Shown here piece after piece: positions 18,067 through 27,022 of a stretch of 64,000 nt of DNA. The notes beneath the pieces are model-generated. The model saw only the letters and a list, made by a program, of their open reading frames with translations, was not told where the DNA came from and searched no databases. Source of the stretch: Clostridia bacterium DTU022 (lineage in GTDB: Bacteria; Bacillota; Dethiobacteria; DTU022). Position 1 is the stretch's first letter, and the number at the start of each line of letters is the position of its first letter. The stretch lies in NCBI GenBank assembly GCA_001512835.1, contig LFRQ01000015.1, forward strand, positions 1,176 to 65,175. The letters run 5' to 3'. Made by a program: the position numbers and the translations under genes.

Positions 18067-19215
18067 TCAGGCTAAAAGCTCACCCAACAACTCCGTAATC
18101 TCCGCCACCCGCATCTCTTCTTCGTAGCCCAGCGCCTTCATGGCGTCTTCCAGGGTCAGCACGCAGAAAGGACAAGCCACCGCCACAATCTCCGCTCCCA
18201 TTTCCTTGGCGTCCTTAATGCGGGTTTCGGCCAGGCGCTGGGCCTTGGATTCCGACTCCACCCACATTTTCCCGCCGCCTCCCTCGCAGCAGAGGCTGCG
18301 CTCCCGGGAGCGGTCAAATTCCAGCAACTCCACGCCCTGAATGGATTTCAACAGGCGGCGCGGCTCATCAAATACCAGGCTCTGCTTGCCCAGATAGCAG
18401 GGGTCATGGAAAACAATCTTCTTGGGCAAATCTTGGTTCCAGGAAATTTTCCCCTCTTGCAACAGCTGGTCTAAGAGCTGGGTGTAGTGAAGTACCGGTT
18501 TGTTCAGATCCGGATAGCGGGTCCTAAAGGTGGTAAAACAATGGGGTGAAAGGGTAACCAGTTGCCGGGCCTGGAATTCGTTGAGAAACTCGGTGTTGTC
18601 CTCCACGGTCATCTCGAAGAGGCCTTCCTCTCCCAGGGCGAAGACCTCGCTGCCGCAGCAGGACTCGTTCTCCCCGATAAAGCCGTAATCTACCCCGGCC
18701 TGGTTAAGGATCTTAACCAGGTTTTTGGCAACAATCTGAACCCGGGGGTCGTAGGCGATGGTGCAGCAGACAAAGAATAGATTTTCTACAGGCTGTTCGG
18801 GGTCGGCAATTTTTACCTCCAAACCCTCCATCCAGTCATAGCGGGTTGCCCGCGGCTTCTCCCAGGGATTGCCTTCCCGGAATACGCTCTCCAGGGCATC
18901 CCGGACCGTGGGCTGGGTCTTGCCGCTCTCCACTACCAGGGTGCGCAGGCCGAAAAGAACCTCCAGGGGCTTCAAGCCCTTGGGACAGCGTACCGCACAA
19001 GTATGGCAGGCGGTACAGTCCCAAATCTCTGCCAGCTTGGAGAGTTCCTCCAGCATCTCCTCGTTCTTGGCGTCGTAAACAAAACGGCGCACGTTGAGAT
19101 TAGTCCGTACCGTGACCGGGCAGCCGCCAGTACACCGTCCGCACTGGATACATCCGAACAGGTCCAGTTTTTCAGCAAAGGTCTGGTTTTCGGTACTCAT
19201 CATCATACCCCACAT
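18067..19215 (-). CDS. HdrD/GlcF-family Fe-S oxidoreductase (two 4Fe-4S motifs + two CCG Cys-rich domains; HdrC-HdrB fusion-like)
   Basis: CIQCGRCTGGCP and CTACHTCAVRCP ferredoxin motifs, then the CCG domains (ESCCGSE, CCEGGGG). No TM segment. The start is ambiguous among several ATGs within 19200-19215. Confidence 0.75.
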   Translation of the reverse strand: MWGMMMSTENQTFAEKLDLFGCIQCGRCTGGCPVTVRTNLNVRRFVYDAKNEEMLEELSKLAEIWDCTACHTCAVRCPKGLKPLEVLFGLRTLVVESGKTQPTVRDALESVFREGNPWEKPRATRYDWMEGLEVKIADPEQPVENLFFVCCTIAYDPRVQIVAKNLVKILNQAGVDYGFIGENESCCGSEVFALGEEGLFEMTVEDNTEFLNEFQARQLVTLSPHCFTTFRTRYPDLNKPVLHYTQLLDQLLQEGKISWNQDLPKKIVFHDPCYLGKQSLVFDEPRRLLKSIQGVELLEFDRSRERSLCCEGGGGKMWVESESKAQRLAETRIKDAKEMGAEIVAVACPFCVLTLEDAMKALGYEEEMRVAEITELLGELLA

Positions 19216-20096
19216 CAGAGAATGTTTTTCCCTCGAAACCTAAAAACAGCACCGCCAGGCAAGGTCGAGGAAAAGCAAAAAACCTTTAAACGAACTCATC
19301 CCTCCTTATTGTCTATATTCTTAATCTAAACGATGTTCTATTTAGTGCAAGTAAAAATACAATTTCGACACTTTGTCCTTAATATCCTGCCAAAAATTTA
19401 GGCAGGTCATAATATTTTACCTTGTTAAATATTTTCGCGAATAAAGTGCGCCCGCAGGGTTGGAGCCGGGAAAAAAAGGGGCCGCCGGGAAAATGAAATC
19501 CCGCCCAGGGCCCGCCTCCACCCAGGCGCCCGGACTAAAATAAAATAGGAGAGGGGAAGCGGCCCCCAGCCGGCGCCGGGCCGGAGAGCAGCCCTGGAGA
19601 TATTCTTTATCTTGCCCCATCTCGCCGCCGGCGGCAGGCAGCGGCCATAAATCTCCCGGGCGCCTGGGCCGCTGCCGCGTTGGTGCTGTCCGTGGCCTTT
19701 CCAGGAGGCCGCCCCGACCCTTCCCCTTTCGCCCATGGCTTTGACCGCCCGCCCCGGCAAAAAAGCCCCTGCCGCCCCGGGCCTTTTGCCCGTTCCCCTC
19801 CGGCGGTGGCAAAAATAAAGTTCTTGCCGGTGGGGCCTTCTCCACCACCGCCCGCCTGCGGGCGGCGGAAGGGAGAAAGAAAGGCGCTCCTTGCCGGTTA
19901 GGCCCGGCGAGGGTGCAGGCATGGGATGGTGAACCGCCACGGCCATGAAAAAACGGCCCCTACCGGTTATGCCTATGCCCAGGGTTGTCTCCATATGCCC
20001 GGTTTCTCAATTTAAGGCGGCCAATTCAATAGTAAAATTAAAAATTAAATATGTTATCCGGTTATTTTTTCAGAAAAAAAGGTATTTTTACATGTT

Positions 20097-20121
20097 TGTC
20101 GAATTAAAACTACAGCGACAA
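20097..20121 (+). promoter_or_regulatory. Candidate Spo0A boxes upstream of the spo0E-like gene
   Basis: TGTCGAA at 20097-20103 and its inverse (GCGACAA) at 20115-20121, in an AT-rich stretch 20-40 nt upstream of the start codon. Confidence 0.3.
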
Positions 20122-20139
20122 CCTGATGGGGTGTCACAA

Positions 20140-20304
20140 ATGAATAGGCTCGAAAATCGTCGCCTCATTGAAGAAATAGAGATTCTTCGTGAACAGCTCC
20201 ATCGCTCCTGCGTGAGCAACGGGAAGATGACTCCCAGCGACGACGCTTACCGCATCAGCATTAAACTGGACCAACTCATCCTGGAAATTATGAAAGCAGG
20301 CTAA
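20140..20304 (+). CDS. Spo0E-family sporulation regulatory protein (aspartyl-phosphate phosphatase-like)
   Basis: A 54-aa product, MNRLENRRLIEEIEILREQLHRS...SDDAYRISIKLDQLILEIMK, fits the Spo0E helical-hairpin family pattern. The ORF-track 5' extension through an AT-rich promoter region is rejected. Confidence 0.6.
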   Translation: MNRLENRRLIEEIEILREQLHRSCVSNGKMTPSDDAYRISIKLDQLILEIMKAG

Positions 20305-20307
20305 CCT

Positions 20308-21375
20308 CTAGCCCAGGGATTCCTCAACCCGGATTAAACCTGCCGGACCCTCCACAATGGTGCCGACCAGCCAGCCTTTTACGCCTTCTTCGGCCAGCCG
20401 CTTCTCCATCAACTCCCCCTTGCCCCGCTCCACGGCAATTAAGAGCCCTCCCGAGGTCTGGGGATCCGCCATCAGGAGAAGGGAATCTTCTTCCTGCCCG
20501 CTGCCGGCCCATTCCACGTGGGCACGGTAATATTCCAGGTTCCGGTAAGCGCCGGCGGGGATAAAACCCTGAGCGGCCAACTCCTTCGTTCCGGGGTATA
20601 AGGGGATGTTGCCGTCGCCCAGCCGGGCCGCCGCCCCGCTGGAGAGAAGCAGTTCGCGCAGGTGCCCCAGGAGGCCGAAGCCGGTAACATCGGTGCAGGC
20701 TGTGGCACCGGCGGAAAGAGCCGCCTTGGCGGCGGCGGCATTCAACCGCGCCATGGACTCCAGGGCTTCTTTCACCTCTTCGGGGCTCACGGCTTCTCCC
20801 TTCAGGGCCGTGGTTATAATGCCTGCGCCCAGGGGCTTGGTTAAATAGAGCCGGTCCCCGGGCCGGGCACCGGCAGGGGTCAGCATGCGGCGGGGGTCGA
20901 TAAGCCCGGTCACGGCCAGGCCGTATTTCGGCTCCTTGTCTTCCACACTGTGGCCGCCCACCACCATGGCGCCGGCTTCCCGGACTTTGTCATAGCCCCC
21001 CCGGAGGATGAACTCCAGGGCCTCCTGCAACTCCGGGGAGCCCCCGGCGCAGGGAAAGCAGACAATATTGAGGGCCGTAAGGGGCCTGCCGCCCAGGGCG
21101 TAGATATCGCTGAGGGAGTTGGCGGCGGCGATCTGCCCGAAGAGGTAGGGGTCATCCACCACGGGCGTAAAAAAGTCAACGCTCTGCACCAGGGCCAGCT
21201 CTTCCGTCAGGCGGTATACGGCGGCATCGGCAAATCGATCTTCCCGGTTTAGAAAATGCGGGTCATCGGGCAAAGGCAGCGAGCGCAGAACCTGCGCCAA
21301 GGCCTCGGGGCCTATTTTTGCCGCTCACCCGGCGCTGGCGGTCATCGCCGTCAGGCGAAATTTTTTATCGTTCAC
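20308..21375 (-). CDS. selD: Selenide, water dikinase (selenophosphate synthetase), selenocysteine-containing form with in-frame UGA at plus 21325-21327
   Basis: The ORF-track protein lacks the N-terminus that normally holds the catalytic Cys/Sec. Reading upstream in frame gives VNDKKFRLTAMTASAG-U(TGA)-AAKIGPEALAQVL, which aligns to E. coli SelD ..[25 protein letters not shown]. GTG start at 21375 with an AAGGGGGAAG ribosome binding site. Confidence 0.75.
21283..21324 (-). promoter_or_regulatory. Candidate bacterial SECIS hairpins downstream of the selD UGA
   Basis: GGCCCCGAGGCC sits 12-23 nt downstream of the UGA. GCGCAG-GUU-CUGCGC is a perfect 6-bp stem with G/U in the loop, 27-41 nt downstream. 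Confidence 0.4.
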
Positions 21376-21599
21376 GCCACTTCCCCCTTCTATGCCTAAT
21401 TTCCCCGGCCCCGGTGTCCGCGGAATCCCGGCCGGGACTCCGGCCTCGGGTGTGGATAAAGCCCGGCGCCAAGGCAGGCCTCGGGCCGGCCCGAGCCGGC
21501 TCCGCCCCGGAAGCCCGATAAAGCCCGGCGGCTAACAGCCATCTTCCGGCCACGGGCACCGGCTCCGCCTCAAAATCCGGACAAGCAGGCGGCGGTTCC

Positions 21600-23540
21600 T
21601 TATTCTTCTCCGCCTTTCCCCAGGCCGGCTATCTTCCGGGCTACCCGCTGGTCGCCTACCCGCCGGGTCAAGCCGCGCTGATCGAAGTGCTCCAGCAGGG
21701 GCTGAATAAATTTCCGGGAGCTGCGGGTCAGGTCCCGGAACTGGGCCAGGGTTAGAGTCTCGGCCTTCTCAAAATGGCGACGCAGCAGCTCCACCGCTTC
21801 CCGGTAGGTGTCCCGGTGGAAATAAAGCTCTTCATTAATTTTTTGCAGCAGGCCCTGGCCGGTCAAGTAGCTGAGGTATTCCTCCTGGCGCCCGCTCTCC
21901 ACCCCCGAACGGGCCATGGCTTCCCGAAGGGATGGGGGCTGGAAGCCCCCGCTCCGGTACAGGCCGAGGAGGCGGTCCAGCTTCTCCCGGTCCCCGGCGC
22001 CTGGTTGCGGTTGATAGCCGTGCAGGCTGATCAACTCCCCGCGCACGGCAATCTGCTTCTCCTGCTCCATAATCTCCAGCAAGGCGTCGTACTGGCGCAG
22101 GCTTAAGCTTTCCGGCAGCTCGCCGCGCAATTCCGCCCGGGAAAGCCCGAACATCAGGGGATAGCGGGAATGAAAGCGCCGCAGCCGGGCCAAAATCTTT
22201 TCCCGCCACTCTTCCAGCTGGGCGGCGGCTACGTAGCCGCCGCCCAGCCGGCAAGCCGCTCCCTGGCGAACCAGCTTGGTTAAAATCTCTTCCAACTGGG
22301 CCTCGGATAGGCGGGTAGCCTTGGACAGCTGCGCCAGCCCCGCCCCCGGCAGCGCCTCCAGCTTCTGCCGGACAAAGGCTTCCCCTTCTCCGGAGGCCAG
22401 CTCCTGCTCCAGGGCCTTCAGGTGCCGGACCACCTCCTCCCGGAAGCGGCGGTGCCGGGAAGGAAAGGGATCCAGGATCACTCCCCCGCCGATGGTGGTC
22501 GTGGGGGAGTAGGAGCGGATAATAAAGGGATCCCGGCGCTCTGCTACCAGGGGGCGATCCAGGCGGCACTGCACCGGAGCCGCTTCCCCGGGAAGCAGTT
22601 CCTCCCGGTCCAGGAGAACCAGCCTGGCCACCGCCCGGGCCGTGCCCAGGTAAAAGTGAACGGGATCGAGGTTTTTCAAAGGGCGCGACGCCCGGGGAAG
22701 AAGCTTGAGGGTTGCATCCACCAGCCCGGTAACCCGGTAGTAGCCGGGAGCGCCGACGACGCAGCCGCGCTGGATCTCTTCCTTATCCACGCCGGAAAGG
22801 TTCAGGGCCACCCGCTGGCCGGCCCGGGCCTCCCGGAGATCGCGGCCATGAACCTGGATATTGCGCACCCGGGCCTGCAGCCCCGGGGGGACGATCTCCA
22901 CCGTATCCCCCTGGCGGACGGTACCCTGGAACAGGGTCCCGGTCACCACGGTGCCAAAGCCGGAGATGGTGAAGGAGCGGTCCACGGGGAGGCGGAGGGG
23001 GCCCCGGGGATCCCGGGGGACCACGTCCCTGGTCACGGCATCGATGAGCTCCTTCAGCTCCTCCAGTCCTTCCCCTGTCACCGCGGATACGGCGCAGAGG
23101 GGGGCCTTCTCCAAAAAGGTCCCTTTCAGCTCCTCCCGGATCTCCTCCTGCACCAGCTCCCGCCAGTCCTCTTCCACCAGGTCGACTTTGGTAATAACCA
23201 CGATCCCCTTCTGGACCTGGAGAAGCTCAAGGATATCCAGGTGTTCCCTGGTCTGGGGCATAACCCCCTCGGAGGCGTCCACCACCAGCAGGACCAGGTC
23301 CATGCCCGCCGCCCCGGCCAGCATGTTGTGAATAAAGCGCTCATGGCCGGGAACGTCCACCACTCCCGCCAGGCGCCCGCCGGGGAGGACAAAGGGGGCG
23401 AATCCCAGGTCGATGGAGATGCCCCGCTCTTTCTCTTCCTCCAAGCGGTCGGTATCCACCCCGGTAAGGGCTTTAATAAGAACGGTCTTCCCGTGATCCA
23501 CATGTCCGGCGGTGCCGATAATAATATACTCCGCTTCCAC
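21600..23540 (-). CDS. selB: Selenocysteine-specific elongation factor
   Basis: [15 protein letters not shown]-domain, EF-Tu-like domains 2 and 3, and a long C-terminal winged-helix extension. GTG start with a GGAAGGAGG ribosome binding site at 7 nt. Confidence 0.85.
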   Translation of the reverse strand: MEAEYIIIGTAGHVDHGKTVLIKALTGVDTDRLEEEKERGISIDLGFAPFVLPGGRLAGVVDVPGHERFIHNMLAGAAGMDLVLLVVDASEGVMPQTREHLDILELLQVQKGIVVITKVDLVEEDWRELVQEEIREELKGTFLEKAPLCAVSAVTGEGLEELKELIDAVTRDVVPRDPRGPLRLPVDRSFTISGFGTVVTGTLFQGTVRQGDTVEIVPPGLQARVRNIQVHGRDLREARAGQRVALNLSGVDKEEIQRGCVVGAPGYYRVTGLVDATLKLLPRASRPLKNLDPVHFYLGTARAVARLVLLDREELLPGEAAPVQCRLDRPLVAERRDPFIIRSYSPTTTIGGGVILDPFPSRHRRFREEVVRHLKALEQELASGEGEAFVRQKLEALPGAGLAQLSKATRLSEAQLEEILTKLVRQGAACRLGGGYVAAAQLEEWREKILARLRRFHSRYPLMFGLSRAELRGELPESLSLRQYDALLEIMEQEKQIAVRGELISLHGYQPQPGAGDREKLDRLLGLYRSGGFQPPSLREAMARSGVESGRQEEYLSYLTGQGLLQKINEELYFHRDTYREAVELLRRHFEKAETLTLAQFRDLTRSSRKFIQPLLEHFDQRGLTRRVGDQRVARKIAGLGKGGEE

Positions 23541-23573
23541 GAGCAGGCCTCCTTCCCTCAAAGAGCCTCCAGC

Positions 23574-24992
23574 CTAGCGGGCGGCCCGGCTTAGGGCCTC
23601 CAGCAGGCATTTTTCCCGGCTCTCCGGGACAGTCCGCAAGTCAAGGCAGAGGCAGTCCTGGGATATCCGAGCAATAACGGGAGGTTCGCCGCGGCGCAGC
23701 ATCTCCGCCAGGGCGCCGGCGGAGATGCGGTGCGGCTTGATGGCTACCAGGAAGGTGGGGAGCTCCACCAGGGGAAGAGAACCGCCCCCCGCCCGGGAAA
23801 CACCCGGAATCACTTCGATCTCATCCCCGGGCAGGACTTTCTTCAAGCGCCGGGCCAGGGAGGCGGCCCGCCTTTTCAGCGTGCCGGGGTCGGCGCAGAA
23901 AGCGCTCCAGACGGGGAGCTCCCGCAGGGCTTTTTCCGGTTCCAGGTAGAGGCGCAGGGTGGCCTCCAGGGCGGCCACGGTGAGCTTGTCGACCCTGACA
24001 ATCCGGGCCAGCTGGTTGGACCGGATGCGCTCCACCAGGGCGCGGCGCCCCACAATAATCCCGGCCTGGGGACCGCCCAAAAGCTTGTCGCCGCTGAAAG
24101 TAACCAGGTCCGCCCCGGCAGCAATGCTGTCCTGAACCCGGGGCTCGCTGTCGATGCCGAAGGGGGAGAGGTCCAGGAGAACCCCGCTGCCCAGGTCCTC
24201 AATTACCAGCAGCCCGTGGGCCCGGGCCACGGAAACCAGCTCCGCGGTGCTTAAACTGGAGGTGAAGCCCACAATCTGGTAGTTGCTGGTATGGACTTTC
24301 AGAAGGGCGGCGGTAGCTTCGGTAATGGCCTCCTCGTAATCCCGGCGGTGGCACTTGTTGGTGGTCCCCACCTCCACCATGCGGGCTCCGCTGGCGGCCA
24401 TCACTTCGGGAAGGCGGAAAGAGCCGCCGATCTCCACCAGCTGCCCGCGGGAGACGATCACCTCTTTGCCAAAAGCCAGAGCGTGCAGGGACAAAAAGAC
24501 GGCGGCGGCGTTGTTGTTGACCACCAGAGCCGCCTCGGCCCCCGTTAAGCGGCAGAGGAGGCTCTCCAGGTGGGCCTGGCGGGAACCGCGCTCGCCGCTC
24601 TCCAGGTCCATCTCCAGGTTGCAATAGCCGCCGGCAGCCCTGGTCAAGGCCTCCACGGCGGCCCCGGACAGGGGGGCCCGTCCCAGGTTGGTATGTAAGA
24701 TGACTCCGGTAGCATTAATCACCGGGCGCAGGCTGAATTCCGCCTGCCGGCGGGCCCGCCGCGCCGCTTCGGCGGCCAGCTTGCCGGGAGAGAGATCCAG
24801 CTTGGCCAAGTCTTCCGGCAAACGCGGGCTTAGCAGCAGGCTCCGGTAACTCTCCACCGTCTGCCGGGCCGCCTCCAGGAGCGCCTGCCGGGGCAGGGCC
24901 CCTTCCAATTCTTGCAGCGCCGGCTCCCGCAGCAGCCGGTCCACCGCCGGAAGCTCCCGAAGCAAATCCCGTACCTCCGCCACTGGCGTCAC
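23574..24992 (-). CDS. selA: L-seryl-tRNA(Sec) selenium transferase
   Basis: 472 aa. PLP fold with VINATGVILHTNLG and FSGDKLLGGPQAG (Lys). GTG start. Confidence 0.85.
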   Translation of the reverse strand: MTPVAEVRDLLRELPAVDRLLREPALQELEGALPRQALLEAARQTVESYRSLLLSPRLPEDLAKLDLSPGKLAAEAARRARRQAEFSLRPVINATGVILHTNLGRAPLSGAAVEALTRAAGGYCNLEMDLESGERGSRQAHLESLLCRLTGAEAALVVNNNAAAVFLSLHALAFGKEVIVSRGQLVEIGGSFRLPEVMAASGARMVEVGTTNKCHRRDYEEAITEATAALLKVHTSNYQIVGFTSSLSTAELVSVARAHGLLVIEDLGSGVLLDLSPFGIDSEPRVQDSIAAGADLVTFSGDKLLGGPQAGIIVGRRALVERIRSNQLARIVRVDKLTVAALEATLRLYLEPEKALRELPVWSAFCADPGTLKRRAASLARRLKKVLPGDEIEVIPGVSRAGGGSLPLVELPTFLVAIKPHRISAGALAEMLRRGEPPVIARISQDCLCLDLRTVPESREKCLLEALSRAAR

Positions 24993-25016
24993 CCCGTTTC
25001 TCCATCAAACTACCTA

Positions 25017-25046
25017 ATTATAACCATAAAAGCTTTCCCTCTGCAA
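25017..25046 (-). promoter_or_regulatory. Candidate promoter for selA-selB
   Basis: Minus strand reads TTGCAG, a 17-nt spacer, then TTATAAT. Confidence 0.45.
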
Positions 25047-25163
25047 TCTCGGCGGCCCTTTCCCTCTTTCATCACCGGAACACCCCGCCGCCACCGGGCT
25101 CGGGCACCTGCCGTCCCAGGGGGGCCTTTTGGCTTGCGCCCAAAAAATGGGGCGGGGGGATCT

Positions 25164-25194
25164 TTTTTGACGGAATCCGGGGGGAAGGATTATA
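25164..25194 (+). promoter_or_regulatory. Candidate promoter for the CPBP protease gene
   Basis: TTGACG, an 18-nt spacer, then TATAAT on the plus strand. Followed by a near-palindrome TCTATATAGGATATAGAG. Confidence 0.4.
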
Positions 25195-25345
25195 ATGTAA
25201 AAAAGAATTCAAAAGAGATACGTCTATATAGGATATAGAGTGCAATCCTGCTTCGGCACCACCTTGGGGAGAGGCTTGCTCCCGCGCCCGGCAGCAAGCC
25301 GGTGGCTTGACCACCCGGCCGCCAATTTTCGCTGAAAGGAACGCC

Positions 25346-26305
25346 ATGACCGAACTGGAGACCCAACCGGTTGTTAAAAGCCCCCCGGCGCCCACGGCCA
25401 AGTCGGCTACCCGGCTGCTGCTGGTGGTGGTCCTGTTGATGTTTCTCAGTGCCCCGCTCCAGTCCTTGCACTTTGAACTGGGGCTCATCTTGACCCAGGG
25501 GCTCTCCATTCTTCTGCCGGCCCTGCTTTTTTGGTCCTACTACCGGGTGGATCGCGCCTCCTTTGCCCGCCTGAAACCCCTGGAAGGGAGATATCTTCCC
25601 GTTATTATCATGCTGGCCGTTTCCAACTGGGTGCTGCTGCTTTTTCTTAACGGCCTCTTCCACCTCTTCCTCAGCCGCTTCGGCTTTAAAATCGTGGAAC
25701 AGGTGCCTCCTCCGGAAAACTTTTCCCAGCTGCTCTTCTACTACCTGGCCGTTGCCGTAGCGGCGGGCATCTGCGAAGAAATGCTCTTCCGGGGAGCGAT
25801 CATGCCGGCCCTGGAAGAAAACGGGGCCCTGCCGGCGCTGCTTCTCTCTTCCCTGCTCTTTGCCTTTGCCCACATGTCCCTGGTAAACCTGGGCGGCACT
25901 TTTATCCTGGGGCTGCTCATGGCCTTGCTGGTCATCAAAACGGACTCCCTATGGGCGGGAGTGATCTTCCATATTACCAATAATTTTTTATCCTTAAGTT
26001 TTATGTACCTGACCAGCAGGTATAGTTCGGATCTATTTAACTCCTTGCTCAGCATAACCCTTTTCCTGGCCCTTTTTCCCGCGGCGGGCGCCTTTATTTA
26101 CGGGCTCTCCCGGCTGCAGCAGTTGTCAAAAACTCCGCCCCTGCTCCGGGAGTTCCCTCCCCGGTGGCCCCGGGGCTGGTTCAACTGGTCTACGGCCCTA
26201 ATCCTGCTTATTTTCGCGGCAGCGGCCGCCGTAGAGTTGCTAACCGGCTTCGGAATCATAAATCTGGCAATGCTATTAAGCAAAGGGGTTTTGATCCATG
26301 TCTAG
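25346..26305 (+). CDS. CPBP-family intramembrane glutamic endopeptidase (CAAX protease-like)
   Basis: Multi-TM protein with the EEMLFRG, FAFAHM and HITNN motifs. ATG with a GAAAGGAACG ribosome binding site. Confidence 0.75.
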   Translation: MTELETQPVVKSPPAPTAKSATRLLLVVVLLMFLSAPLQSLHFELGLILTQGLSILLPALLFWSYYRVDRASFARLKPLEGRYLPVIIMLAVSNWVLLLFLNGLFHLFLSRFGFKIVEQVPPPENFSQLLFYYLAVAVAAGICEEMLFRGAIMPALEENGALPALLLSSLLFAFAHMSLVNLGGTFILGLLMALLVIKTDSLWAGVIFHITNNFLSLSFMYLTSRYSSDLFNSLLSITLFLALFPAAGAFIYGLSRLQQLSKTPPLLREFPPRWPRGWFNWSTALILLIFAAAAAVELLTGFGIINLAMLLSKGVLIHV

Positions 26306-26750
26306 AATCTCCCCCCCCTCCCTTGAGGGCACTAATAAAAATCGGGGAACAATCTTTCCCTCTCTTTTTAGAACCTCCCCCCTTCCGGCATTCACGGCTA
26401 TCCTGCTGCTCCTGCTTCTTACGGCCGCCTGCCAGGCTCCTCCAAAGCAGTTGGGCAATCCCCAGATCCGGGGAAGGATCGCCGGCCTCTCCAACTCGCA
26501 AAGCGACAGCGACCTCATGGGCTTCCTGCTCATTGAAGGGGAGCCGGAGGAGGACACCGCCTACCAACGGGCTCTGGTTACCGTCCATCGGCAGACGGCC
26601 ATTTACCGCCGGGAAGGGGAGAAGACGGTTAGAACCACCTTTTCCCGGCTGGAAGAGGGCATGACCGTGGAAGTCTGGTTCAGCGGCCCGACAGCGGAGA
26701 GCGACCCGGTGCAGGCCGCTGCCGATACCATCATCGTCATCAGCCCGTAA
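26298..26750 (+). CDS. Putative lipoprotein
   Basis: Signal peptide ending LLLTAAC (lipobox). No recognisable enzymatic motif. Confidence 0.5.
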   Translation: MSRISPPSLEGTNKNRGTIFPSLFRTSPLPAFTAILLLLLLTAACQAPPKQLGNPQIRGRIAGLSNSQSDSDLMGFLLIEGEPEEDTAYQRALVTVHRQTAIYRREGEKTVRTTFSRLEEGMTVEVWFSGPTAESDPVQAAADTIIVISP

Positions 26751-27022
26751 GCCTTTCGAGAGCGCCCGCCAGGATCCCCCGGCCGGGGATTCTCTCCCCT
26801 TTCGCATTCTGCCGCCCCCTGCTCCTCTTTAATATGTTATAAAAAGCTGATAGCCAAAAAGGAAGAAGGCATTACCGGGGTACGCTTAGGCATATATTTA
26901 GAAAAGCATTTCATCTGCTCTTGGTGCTGCTTTTAATTCCGGCAGCGCCGGGCACCGGCGGCCAGGGGGCCGGGGCGGCAAACCGCCCGACCGGAACGGC
27001 CTGGAGCAGGCAGGAGGAAGAG

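Noticed and set aside
19417-19994. Two overlapping minus-strand ORFs (143 and 189 aa) and a plus-strand 73-aa ORF
   Set aside because: Low-complexity Gly/Arg/Pro translations of a GC-rich non-coding gap. No ribosome binding site and no recognisable domain.
21376-21599. tRNA-Sec (selC) candidate beginning GGAAGAUGG in the selB-selD spacer
   Set aside because: It cannot be folded into an 8/5 tRNA-Sec cloverleaf. There is no UCA anticodon loop and no GGTTCGA-type T-loop. I treat it as a repeat-bearing regulatory spacer.
22422-23594. 390-aa plus-strand ORF
   Set aside because: It is antisense to selB, whose GTPase motifs are unambiguous.
25041-25190. tRNA-Sec or small RNA candidate upstream of selA (CGUCAAAAAAG region)
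   Set aside because: The only UCA has a G, not a U, at the position corresponding to tRNA base 33, and there is no acceptor/T-arm complementarity. The region is better explained as divergent promoters.
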